Part shown: positions 12,654-24,201 of the stretch, piece after piece
How the letters are laid out: each line of letters opens with the position of its first letter
How positions within the stretch are numbered: the first letter of the stretch is position 1
From: Macrostomum lignano
Taxonomy: Eukaryota
Direction: 5' to 3'
Assembly (NCBI GenBank): GCA_002269645.1
Contig: NIVC01000573.1
Span: forward strand, 186,001-250,000
Length of the DNA stretch: 64,000 nt
Translations under genes and position numbers: made by a program
The notes under the pieces: model-generated
The model's database searches: none
Told to the model about the DNA's origin: nothing
The model's input: only the letters and a program-made list of their open reading frames with translations

Positions 12654-14223
12654 CAGTGCTGCCACTCTATATTGTAAAAAAATTAACGCACAAGGGAAAA
12701 AAACGCTTTCTAAAATTATGATTGTTTTTACCTCCCGTCACTAAAAGATGTTTGAACGTAGAATTTTTAACGCTAAATTCGAATTTTATATTTAATTTTT
12801 TTCCTTGATTCCAGATAGGCAACACAACAAACAAAACACACAACACAGTGCAGCAGAATAATGAACCATAAAAAATAGCTGTAATGAATTGACTTTAATA
12901 AAAAATTGATTGCTAAAAAGTTGCTTGTACTTAAAGAACAATGTGAAAGTTTATCCGTCATAGACAGTCAGATCAATTTATTGTACTACATTGTCATGGT
13001 CACAGGGCTTCTTGCTGGTGGAAGCTTCTCCATTGGCGTCGGCGATGGATTCTTGGTCCACATTGGCTTGACTAGAGGACTTGCGCTTCGTAGCTCTGCC
13101 TCCATCAAAATCACGTTGGTCTAGCATTTGGCGGTTTTTTTCCACTGCCATTTCGGCTTTCTGGGCAGCCTCCCGCTCACGCTGCGCTTGCTTTAGGTGC
13201 TCAGCGACCTTCTGCAGCGCCAACTCTGCTTCGGTGACCTTTCGATTGGCTTCCTGCTCGAGGTCATGAGCAGCCTTCTCTCGCTGGCGAATCTTCGTTG
13301 CTTGTTCTAGGCGCTTCATTTCGCGATTTGCTGCCTCAGCATCCTTGGCCGCTTGCACTGCAGCAGCCGCCTGAGCCTTTTCTGTTGCCTTACGCTTTTT
13401 CTTTTCTGCCTGGTGGGCGAAATACTTGGCTCGTGCTTCGATCCCGAGATCAATCAGGTTCCGACTGATGTTCGCATAGATGCACAGTTGCTGAGTTGAG
13501 CAAAGGAAGCTACGAACTCGAAGATGAGCTAGACGAGTGGTGTCAGCCATTGCGTTTCGCTTTGAATTATCATCGATGTCACTTGACTTCCCTATAGCAC
13601 GTTCTGGATCGGCATTGGCGTGGAAGAAGGTCATGACAGCTTGCGCTAACTTAGTCATCAAGGGGAACGCTGGCTCGTCGAAGATGTTCTTCTTATTGGC
13701 GACCTGACGCCAGAAAAGTGCTGGTGCTGGGTAGCTTTCGACAAGATGCCCTTGAAGATGCAGCTGCTGAACTTCTTGACGAAGAGAGTCAAGTTCCTTT
13801 TGGCGTATTACTGTTGGCAGCTGCTTGGCCAGCGCAACAGCAAGGTCGGGACTCTCTTCGTCAAGCAGTTTGCCTGGATTGAGAACTTACAGGCGCCGTA
13901 GGAATGGAAGTTCAGTTGCTAGGTAGGCAGCAAAGGCTTGATAGAATGCACGAACCTTAAGAAAGAATAGTGCGTTTTGAGATTCTCGTCTTCCTGGGTC
14001 GCGGAGTAGAATTCGAGTCTCCTCGCCGACTCCCAGCTGGCTGTCATCGACTTGGCCGTTTCTTCGCTGGGCTTGTTTATTTATAATCATGAAAAAGGAT
14101 GGGTACGGTGTATATAATAAGAAAAAACGCAGATATTACGCCTGGTGAAAAAATTATCGCATAACGCAGAGCCAGAGCTAAAAAAACGCAGCTGCGTTAA
14201 AAACGCAGGTAGTGGCAGCACTG
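12654..14223 (-). mobile_element. Internally deleted hAT DNA transposon
   Basis: 13-bp TIR cagtgctgccact / agtggcagcactg; 8-bp TSD gacctacg at 12646-12653 and 14224-14231; subterminal aaaacgc/taacgc repeats. Confidence 0.93.
12978..14090 (-). pseudogene. C-terminal part of a hAT transposase with one in-frame TAA (13887-13889) and a coiled-coil tail
   Basis: FWRQV...FPLMTKLAQAVMTFFHANADPER resembles the hAT dimerisation domain. ORFs 13887-14090 and 12978-13661 are in the same frame with no further stop between them. Confidence 0.8.
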
Positions 14224-15349
14224 GACCTACGTTGACATGACATCAAAGTACCCCTTCACCTTTGCCATGAAAAATCAGCACGCCAAGACAATCATAACTC
14301 TCCTGCAAGAACAAGTCTTCCCGATCACTGGAATCCCCGCGTGGATCCATTCGGACCAAGGCTAGTTCACAGGACATAAGTTTTGACATTTCTGCAAAGT
14401 TTATGGCATTTAACAAACAACAACGCCGCCATACTTGCCCTGAGCAAACAGTCAAGCTGAATCGTGCAACAAGAATATCAAGAAGGTGCTCACTTGTCTC
14501 CTAGAAGATCATCAACAATGGGACAAGATGCTGCCAGCTGCTTTGACAGCTCTGCAATCCGCTGTCAACCGTACAACGGGATTCCGCATTACGTCATCTA
14601 TGGAGTGCCCTATTGGTATCCTATCGATAACACCCTAGACTGCCTAGACGTATCACCGGACCTCCCCGAGTACATCGCGAAGCATCAGCGCAGACTGGCC
14701 AAGACCGAGAGGATTGTGTGACAGCGATTGCAAGCTGAGATCCAATGCCGCGAAGAATACTACGAGAACCGACCCAAGCCCATGGAACTGCAGCCTGAAG
14801 ACCTGGTATGCCTGGCCAACTCAAAGCTCGAATTGGGCGAGTTGCCAAAGTTTCACCAGCCGTACAAGAGCATGTACAAGGTCAACAGAAAGGTCGGCAA
14901 AGTAGCCTATTGGATCCAGCCTGCAACAGCCCAACGTGGACGCCCAGCCAAAATGTTGGTACATCGCAACAACATAATTAAGGTGCCGCAGATGATGGCA
15001 GACTGACTGCAGGAGCCGCCGCACCAAACTGAGCGGCCAATGTTGCCCTACGAGTCAAGTGATGAAAGCGAAGCCGACCCAGCCGATCAGCCCGCTCCAG
15101 AACTGGAGATTTGGAAGTGCTGCCTGAAGGCGACCCGGATCTGCCTGACATTGGCATGGAGATGGAGCTCTAAAAGGTATTTACCAGCAATTTATTATTG
15201 CACCTAATAGCTAAATTAATGATGCGCATTACTAGTACTAGTTGATTTTGCAAATGTGTTCTGAATTTTTATTGCTGTAAGCTTTCTCTGCATCCGCTCT
15301 GTGCTGAAAGCAGAATTTTAGTTTTGCGGTTCATTTGGCTGTAATTTCG

Positions 15350-15565
15350 TTCAATTTTCCTTATGCTTGAGGGTCAAAAGCAGTCAATTTTGTACTTTCC
15401 TTATGCTTGAGGGTCAAAAGCAATCAATTTTGTACTTTTCCTTATGCTTGAGGGTCAAAAGCAGTCAATTTTGCACTTTCCTTATGCTTGAGGGTCAAAA
15501 TCAATCAATTTTGTACTTTTCCTTATGCTTGATGGTCAAAAGCAGCCAACCTGTACTTTTTCCTT
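15350..15565. repeat. 40-41 bp tandem repeat, about 5 copies
   Basis: ccttatgcttgagggtcaaaagcagtcaattttgtac recurs at 15361, 15401, 15442, 15482 and 15523. Confidence 0.93.
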
Positions 15566-15898
15566 TTGCTTTCCAGCTAAAGCAATGTATTTCGAACTGA
15601 CCAGCACTCATGTACAGTGTGCCATTAACTATATCCAACCCGATACTTATACCAGCACTCTTGCGCTCATTATTTAACCTTATGCTTTCTGGCAAAAGCA
15701 TGTACTCATGCAGTCGATATTTATTCAATGTGTCAATATTTAATCAATGCGATACATTTGTAGTGACTGGCTGCTAACTGGCTATTCAGCAGCATTCACT
15801 AGCTTTCCCTAAGGGCGCTGTGATCCGCTGCACAGTAGCTCAGTCCACCTGATCTAGTGAGAGAGATACCCTGTGCTGGGCCTAAGTGTTTACTGCCC

Positions 15899-16290
15899 GA
15901 TGACTCATCGCCTGAGCGGGCGCGGGCAGCCACACTCAATGTCTTCCCACTCGCGCTGAGGAGGCGTAGCAGGATGACTCATCACCTGCGCGGAGTGTAA
16001 GGGCTGCCTAGAGGGAGTAAACAGGATGACTCATCCGCCCACATTTCTATTTTTAGCACAGACTAAGCACGTGACTGTGCACGCACTCTGTGCGTGGCCA
16101 CTGACCTTGAGTCACGCCACTGCTGCGTGACAGGGTTGCCTTATTTGGAAGTTGGCCTTGGATCACATGTCGCCCGCATGATTCCAATGCCCAAATAAGG
16201 AAGTTTCACGCCCTCACCGCATGAAACTCACGTGACTTTTGGGGGTCCGCTCGGCTATAAATATGGAGCATCTGCGAGCCATTTTTCTCC
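15899..16290 (+). promoter_or_regulatory. Putative Pol II promoter/enhancer: AP-1 x4, MEF2, CACGTG x2, CArG x2, TATA
   Basis: TGACTCA at 15901, 15975 and 16027; TGAGTCA at 16108; CTATTTTTAG at 16047; CACGTG at 16068 and 16229; CCTTATTTGG at 16139; CCAAATAAGG at 16191; TATAAATA at 16256; GCCATTTT at ~16279. Confidence 0.6.
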
Positions 16291-17388
16291 AGGACTCGAC
16301 CGGAGCTGCCTCTGCCTCCGAGCTCTCCTCTCTCATTTTAGGTTTTCAGGTTTTCAGGTTCGAGCAGCATTCTACTAAGACGATTGACTGTCGAGACATT
16401 TTTCAGATTTGCCTTTGCTCCAAGCGACTTTGTTAATTTTCTTTCAGGTGACAGATAGACAACTCTGCTGATGCGTTGAGTCCGCACACCAAGGTGGCAG
16501 CAACCCTACCAAGTAACGGCAACGTTTTAGGTTTATTTTCAAGCAAATCGATAGGTAGTACTGCGGTGCTATCTAGCTTCTTCAGGAGCAGCGGGTTCTA
16601 TTTTCTAGGAACATCTTCAAGAACCCAAGAAGAAAGAGGCAAACTTTACACATTATTTTGCATTTCATCTAATTTTGCAAATCCCAGTTTATTGTAAACT
16701 TTCCTTGCATGCTATCGAAGTGCAGAAAGTATCCCCATTTTCCCTTATGCTTTCTGAAGAAAAGCAACTAACTTGTAAACCTTCCAGTTTGATTCAGACT
16801 GAAGGTATCTCTTTCCAGTTTGCTAGCCTACTGTCTAAGGGCCAAACTGTCTTGTGCCCCGCTCAGGTCAAGCTGCCCTGGATCCAGGCCTTGCCCTCAG
16901 CAGAAGGCATTCAAGGACTCCCCTTTTTTATTTTCTCTATTCTGATTTTGCTAGAGCCTGGGAACTCGTGAGGGCCGCCAGTTTGGCTCCTCTCCCCAGT
17001 GCCATTTGTTTGCCCTATGCATTGTAACTCCTTATAGAGCCCCTGCGTATGTTATTATTTCTATTATTCTATTTAAACCTTCTGTTTATGCGATTTTTAG
17101 TTTCCTAACCACCAACCTGCTTGATGTGAGCCATTCAAGGTGTCCCATCTGATTCATTTGGCCCAGACCCCTGTCGCGCAGTTATCTGTTTTATTATCTC
17201 TTGATTTCATGTGCCCACCCCATCTCTGTGCGCGCCTGCCATAGAGTGCATGAGGGGTGCTAGCCAGCTCCCACGGCTATTTAAGCCTTACTCTTACTCA
17301 GTTTGTTCTTTGTCGTATTTCCAATTGCGCTGTTATTTTCCTTGCGACTAATTTGTTTTCAATTTTTAATTATCTCTGTACTACTTCA

Positions 17389-17949
17389 ATGGCAAGCAAC
17401 AACTCGATGTCGGAAAGTGCCGCCCCATCCACAGGCGCGTGCGACTTGACCCCCGACTTGACGGCGGCCATTGCCCGAGCCCCTTGGCTCCATCTGGACA
17501 AAATTCTGGCTATCCGTGCAGTCACCGCAATGGCCGCAAGCACCACTCCAGCGCAGGTCTGGCTAAGACATGCCCTTGACGAGGCCTATTATCAGGCAAC
17601 GCGAAAGGGGCACGTACAGCTTGATGCCCCTTGGCAAATTTATTGCAGCCTGATGCCACCAGAATTGACCTGGGATATCCTAGAGAGCCTGCTTGGCCGC
17701 GCAGAAGGCTATTTGCGGCAGTGGCCTGGGCGCCAGAGGCCAGCACTGGCTCTGCTGCTAGCCCTTGCTTATCTCGAAGCTGGCCACCTCCAGGATGGCT
17801 GGCAACCCAGGCTCTGTGCTTTCTAGGACGCCGCCATCGAGAAAGTCTCGGAGCAGCTTCAGTATGCTAATGGCCAACTCCAGGTGCTCGGGTGGCCACC
17901 CGCCGAGGATTCTTCTGATGCTATGGACCAACCGCCTGAAGCCGCCTAG
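17389..17949 (+). pseudogene. Orphan GC-rich ORF (~186 codons) with an internal TAG at 17824-17826
   Basis: ATG at 17389. A helical-looking peptide continues in frame after the TAG (DAAIEKVSEQLQYANGQLQVLGW) to the TAG at 17947. No family recognised. Confidence 0.4.
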
Positions 17950-20900
17950 CCCCCGCGCCAGTGCTGCAATGGTGATGGCAACCGCGGTGACTGGCCTGCA
18001 ACCCATGGTGGCCGAGCCCCTGCCAGCCGTGGCCGCTATTGATGTGAAATTGCAAGGTTTTGCAGACTTTTTTCTTTGTAGGGTATCCCCGTGCATGTGG
18101 TAGTCGGGTTGCCACTTCGATTTTTTTGTAATTACTTTAATATTTTTGCATTCAATTTACTAAGTTTCTATGAATTTAATTACATGCCCCAACTCCCAGA
18201 AATTTTTGTGTATTGTTTTCCAATAGTTGTTTATTTAGTCACTTTCCGGTATGTTGTCCTTTGTCCCAATTTTTGTTCCTCCAATTTGTCCCACCTATGA
18301 ATCCATGTTTCCCCACTCTTTTTTGTTATTTTTTTCTTTTAATTTCTGCGTAAAACTGCCTTTGCTCAACCTTGTGCCCACTTGTTTGCCTAACCAGCTG
18401 CCCAGCTACCCATCCAAGTTTTGCCCCTGTAGTTGAAATTTATACTAACTATTTATATTGCATGTTTCAAGCGCTGCTAATTCTTGCTCTCTCTCTCTCA
18501 CTCTCTTTTTTATTCTTGCATTTTTGTTACATTTTAGTTTACTCCAGCTCTGCTCATCAAATGATTTCAATTGCACAATAATAATTGTTACCTGCCTGCT
18601 AAATATTATTTTAATACTCAGTTAATAATAATAATAATTAATATTAAGTGATAATACTTTCATTAACTAATAAGAAGCCTGTAGTCTATTTTGAGTCTTT
18701 TGCCCATGGGGCATAAAATAACCAAAGTCTCATCTCAAAGAAAGCTCTGAGACCATACATTCTATAATACGTAAATTACAGTGGTGGCAGCAACTACCCT
18801 ACTGAAAGTAACAAGCTTAACAAGCCAACACATTAGATTACGGTGTCAGAATCTCTAGTGTTTATCAATTGAATGACCACATTGCTATATGAGTGCTTCG
18901 CTACGGCTACGATTGCAACTACCCTCCTCCCAGAACTTGAGGACCTGGCTGTTGGAGTAAAACAGGAGAAAGTAATTTGTTCTGATTCTTCTGCGCGATT
19001 TTCTGGAACCATGTGTGTGAACTCAATGCCGGCAGAAATTCAAACATGGAATCCACCCCACCTCACTGGTGTCAGCAACTAATTTTCAAATAAACCCATT
19101 CCAAGAAAACTTTCTTTGCCTCCACTCCACATGGCTGAATTTTTGGGCATATACTATATGATCCAGAGTGTCATATTGATCAAATGAACAAAGTAATATG
19201 CAATGTATATATATCTATTTTAATATCAAATTATCAACTATTATATATTGTCATTATTAAACAATTTTGTTGTATGGTTAGATTTTGATTTGATACTTTT
19301 GGTATACTATAAGCTATATAGGACTAGTATAGGTAATAGGCTCCTAGGTAAGCCCTAGCCTAGGAGTAGGAATAAGACTTGTAAGAATATAGGATTCAAA
19401 GAACTGACTCTGAGCTTACATTGTATTATAGTAATAAAAGTAAAAGTAGCTAGCTATAACAGTTGTTGGTATGGCAACAAAAAAGCAAAATGCTTAATAT
19501 TTCATATACAGTATAAAAATAATTGGTTTGAATTGGAAGTTGAAATTAAAAGTTAGAAAATAGAAATTTAATTATATCAGTATCACTTTATCTATCTATA
19601 TCAATATTAGTAATTCAGTAAATATTGTGTAGGCCTATATAGTGTAATACCTGTATGTTGTCACTTGTTATTTTTATGTTGGCTATATAGGCCTAAATGC
19701 AATTAGCTACTCTGATCCTAATGGACTGTGAAGTGAAGTGAACCTATGAGCTGTTGTAACTTCTTAAGTTCTATACTATATAGCCATTAATTATTCTATA
19801 GTTATTATTCTATAGCCATATTTAACACACTAATATTAATAAAGATCCAAGGTCTATTACATGACAAAGATGGACATCTAGATCTAGTCATAGGACAGAT
19901 ACTCAACTGTATACAGTAGTCAGTAGGCTATATAGACAGGCTAAAATTTTGTATTTGAATTGACCCTTGCGTGTGAAGTGTAAATCTTAAAGACTAATGC
20001 CTAATGGCTAGTGCAGTGCCTAGTGGCACCTAGTTAGCCCTAGGCCTAGCCCCGTCTAGGCCACATCGGAGGAGCAGGGCAGGGCGCCTACGCGAAAGAT
20101 TTTCCTAGAACATATCATTTCCTAGAACGTTTTTTGTAACGTGCTGGACATCACGTCGTAAACATTGATTTAAACAACCTGATATTTTTATGGGTGTAAG
20201 ATAAATATTTTGTTAATAACTTCGAAGTATTTTGTGAACATTGCGAGTTTACTTTCTTTGTGTTTGGAGACGGCCCAGTAGCTATTCCAAAGCGCATATC
20301 CGACATATCGGGCCTTGTCATATTGCTTGCTCTATTCAAAAAGTTACTTTTTGTCTCCATAACTAGAGGGAGATACGTGCTATGAAGTTTTTATTATTGA
20401 ATGACAGTCGCCAAGAAGAAAGTGAAAAATTGTGCTAAGTTAGGTTGTTAAGGCAGTCAAATATTAACAGAGTTTAATAGTTATACTGCTGTTTTTCTTG
20501 GAATTCCGAACCAATTCTGGTTCTGGAATTGGTAATATGAAAAGGCCCATCCTATCGCGGGCTACAACTTTTATGAAACTTTCACGAAGATTTACTCCAG
20601 ATTCAGAACCAGGAGATTGGGAAAATTCTGATTCCAGAATCGAAATCGATGTGAATGTAGAAAGAATTAATCGAACAATCTAATAAGATAAATCTGCTAA
20701 TACTTTTTAAAAAATCGTAAAAAAACTTTTTAACAGCATTGGTCATTCAAATCAAAGTCACGTATCAAATATAAAGTATATAGAGTATCGAGTATCATCA
20801 AATACAAATAATTATTTCAGCTTCTTTCTAGTAACACAAAGTTCGATCAGCTTTTGAGAAATTTTCTTAAACCAAATTCCAGAACCAAAAGCACAAGTGC

Positions 20901-21424
20901 TCATGGCCGGTCAAAATGGGGCAAGCGAAATCTTGTTATATATTTGTCGTGTCGTGTATATGTGGCAAAAATATTGTTGGATCTATTTCATCTTGCAAAC
21001 AGCCTACTATTTAATTAATGATGACATGAGTGGGGGCTGACAGAACTACGAAATACATGTAGGGCCACGTGATGACAATGTACGTACATGTACATGAAAG
21101 CCTAGGGTAATACGACAGCAGGGCGAAGATCGAGATAATTTTTTATTATGCTTTTAAAAAATGAAAAAAACCGATTGAATTTACTGGCTTCTTAAAAGCA
21201 TAACCCAATTTCTGCATAAAATTGGGTTCAATATTATAGTTGAATAAACTAAACAGCTTGTCGAATAATATATGTATGTAGCTCGTATGCATAAAAGTAA
21301 TGTGTAGTAATAATATAAATATACAGCAACATGAGTTCAAGCTTAACTATAGCAATGTCCGGCCGTGCTTAAAAAAATTTGAGAGCTTCAGAAATGTTAA
21401 GAGCATGATGAAAAATCACGCTCA

Positions 21425-21955
21425 GGTGTCCTTACTCCCTGGTGCCACTTGTTGAAGGTGCTGACGGCGTCAGGGTGATGGCTGAATGCTTGACTGACTA
21501 GCTGAGGATGTCCAGCAGTTGAGGTTTGCCCATTATTGAAGCTTGATTAGAAAAAACCTGACGTATTTGCAACAGGATGTCCATAGTCACCTGGTGTAAT
21601 CTGTTGAAGGAGCCGACGGCGTCCGGGTGATGCTGAATGCTTGACTGACTAGCTGAGGATGTCCAGCAGTTTATTTTTGCCCACTTTCGACGCTTGATCG
21701 GCGAAACTAGAGAAATTCTTATCAGGCTGTCCATAGTCACATGGTGTAATCTGTTGAAGGAGCCGACGGCGTCGGGATGATGACGGAATGCTTGAGAGAC
21801 TAGCTGAGAATGTCTGGCGGTTGATTCTTGCCCACTGTCGAGGCTTGATCTCGACTTCACAGCAACCCACATGCCCTTGAAAACAAGATATTTTGGGAGG
21901 GCTATTTGGGAGGGAAGACCTTCAGTCAACCGCTGCCCACCGCTGCAGGACTGCA
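21425..21955 (-). pseudogene. Degenerate triplicated ~150-152 bp unit encoding a ~51-aa repeat (..HPQLVSQAFxHHPDAVGSFN..)
   Basis: Three copies differ at synonymous positions (CAT CCC / CAC CCG / CAC CCT; TCT vs AGT Ser) but carry frameshifts and a stop. Confidence 0.5.
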
Positions 21956-22252
21956 AAAAAACTATAAAGTACTCACGCTTGTAATAATTGGGGCTATGAG
22001 TTGTTTACTCAAAATATTGGAGTTTCTGTCTTCTTAAAATTACTCAAAAGGTTAAGCAGTACCTTTCTTACAAGCTTTTCAGGATGATGTGAAGTTACTC
22101 TAGTCCTTAGTTCGCGAATATGTTTAAACTTCAGTTAATTCTTGTGAAATTTAATTTAAACTACACGATTTACATGCATGTAGTAAACTTACATGCAATG
22201 GCTAGATTAGGACCGCGTGGCTTGATCGTTCTTCGCACCCTCAGGTAGACCA

Positions 22253-22968
22253 ATGGAGACACTCTTGTCGCATCTGAGCTCCCCGACTGCAAAGTTGCTA
22301 CTCACCGTGGGTGCGGCAACTGTTGGAATAATGGCCATTAAGAAAATCTTCTTCAATCTTGATCCCAGCATTAGCCCACGAATAGCCAACTTGCAAAAGG
22401 ACATGGTATACTTTGTTCACGTTTCCGAGTACCCGCACAGCAGTCACGATCTCTCCTTTCGCCTTGAAGCTGGAGACCTGGCTCTGCATGAAGCAGATTC
22501 GGTACAACTGCCGTGCGTAAAGCACACGTCTGGAGTAGCAAGGGCCAAATTCCGTTCGTGGAGCTCTCAACGGAGAAGAGCTCAACGATCGTCCAATATG
22601 ATCATTGCCAGCCTCTCCGACTACTTCAAGACAAACGATTCGCTGACTGACGAGCAGAGTTGGGATTTGCCAGAGGCCTGGAGATGATGCTGGAGAACCA
22701 GACCTTCTACTCGTACATGTACTATCGATTTGTTGAGCAGGCTCGGAAGTTTCTCATACTGACGTTCCCAAGATACTGGAGGAAGCGGTGCGCGTACCAC
22801 GGCATCGGTCGGAACACCGTGCCGGAGATCTACGCCATGGGCTGCGACGATATTCTGGCGCTGTCCAGAGCTCTGGGCAGCAAGAAGTTCATCATGGGCG
22901 ACCGAATGACTACCGTGAATTGCTACGCCTTCGGCCATCTTGCTCAGCTGATGTACGTAGTCGAATGA
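22253..22968 (+). pseudogene. Failed axon connections (FAX/FAXC)-like, metaxin/GST-fold gene; intronless with about 5 frameshifts
   Basis: Stitching frames gives KDMVYLF.FP...SPFALKLETWL, SSKGQIPFVELNGEELNDSNMII, LTDEQ..FARGLEMMLEN and YHGIGR...DDILALSRALGSKKFIMGD...AFGHLAQ. Confidence 0.85.
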
Positions 22969-23658
22969 AGCTGCCGAAGCTGCCGAAGCTGCCGAATGAA
23001 TTGTGACATAAACCCATAAAACTGTAGTTGCTAGGCCTCATCGTTCATTGGCATCCATGTAAATTCTTAATTCATAAAAACTATTAAACTACTGAAGCTA
23101 AAATTTTTGACACTATCAATGCCAACACTGCCATACCGAGCTTTGACTCTTTGGTTTCCTATTTGATATTTACTTGCATGGCATATGCTCTCATTTTTTA
23201 CTCAATTCTTTCCTCATTCTGTTTGATATTCTTTCGTTCTCAAAAGTGCAAGCAAAATTGCGCGTCCCCATTTCGTGTTTTTTATTATTTTAAAACCAAA
23301 AAGCCTTAAGTAGTATCCGCTTGCATTTGCTGACATAGTGTTGCCTATTGCCTGAAAAACAATAAAAATCATTCACTACAACTAAACTTAGAATCCACTA
23401 TATCTATCTGTGTGATTGATTAGAGAAAAAACGGCTCAATCGATTTTCATGAGACTTGCACTGTTCGATCAGAAATTCTCTGGTGACGGTACATGTGTCG
23501 TAGCTAAGAAATTGCTGAATGATAAAGGGATTAAATATTCGAAAAACATCCTTTTTTGCAAAGGTCAAGAAGACTGTAGCAGTGGAAGAGTAGCCCGTCT
23601 AACAAATAGTAGGAAAATAAACGTCAACAAAAACATAAAATAATTTTTTTTCTTTTTA

Positions 23659-23755
23659 GCCAACGCGTTTCGTCAAACACAAGACGTCGTCATATTGGTG
23701 CTGAAAATTAAGGTTAGTTGAATTTGCCCTGACGACGTCTAGGGATAGATGAAAA
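23659..23755. other. Two inverted, degenerate hammerhead-like cores, possibly a Penelope-like element remnant
   Basis: Minus: aTGACGAC-gtc-ttgtgttt-gac-GAAACGCGTtggc. Plus: gccCTGACGAC-gtct-agggat-agat-GAAA. Confidence 0.45.
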
Positions 23756-24201
23756 CCGATACATTGAAAACCTCACCTACAGTATTTGAATCCGTCGGGC
23801 TACCAAGCTTCTTGTATCAACTACGAGCGCAACTGTAAACCCCTAGATTTGTACATAGTCTACTTCAAGTAGCCACCGAAGGATTTGACCGTATTAAGAG
23901 AGCAAACCAACACAGAAACGCGCACACAATCAATTTTTTCTAGACCAGTATATTTTAGTTATACGGATTCTGCGGCCCCAAAGACTCATTTGAACTGTTT
24001 TCGATTCTTCAGAAAACAAGTGCGACAAAATGGTGTAAAAACTGGTTCAGTGAAGTTATTAACTATAATACGGTGTCATTTTTCTTTGGCCTCCGCTTGG
24101 TTGCTGAGCTCTGAACCAGGTGTTGAGTTCTGCATTCGAGGTGGCTGGAATCTCTGGGCGCAATGCAACTGGATGGATTCCAAGAGCTTTTCCTATACAT
24201 C

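Larger units (their letters stand above)
11255..15180 (+). mobile_element. Decayed Ty3/Gypsy LTR retrotransposon fragment (RNase H end through integrase), interrupted by a hAT element
   Basis: TDHAALTWIL...QWLQRLSKFEFEI*HQK...NADGLSR (RNase H end); LHGLPYCRHMG...RFWRP...DYVASCQTC (integrase Zn finger); LTYVDMTSKYPF and IHSDQG (integrase core). Stops and frameshifts present; no LTR found. Confidence 0.88.

Noticed and set aside
13874-13890. GTAAGT...CAG around the hAT in-frame stop as an intron that removes it
   Set aside because: Only 17 nt long, which is too short to splice and not a multiple of 3.
16493-18816. Similar ~30-bp motif ggtggcagcaac..cctac..aagtaac at 16493 and 18783
   Set aside because: Similarity does not extend convincingly and no shared coding frame was found.
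15759-18830. TG...CA element (solo LTR or Ginger-like) with a CATT duplication
   Set aside because: No second LTR, no convincing TIR, and a 4-bp match is expected by chance.
20102-20127. Two TTCCTAGAA (STAT-like) motifs in tandem
   Set aside because: Short motifs with no linked TSS or gene; could be a small local duplication.
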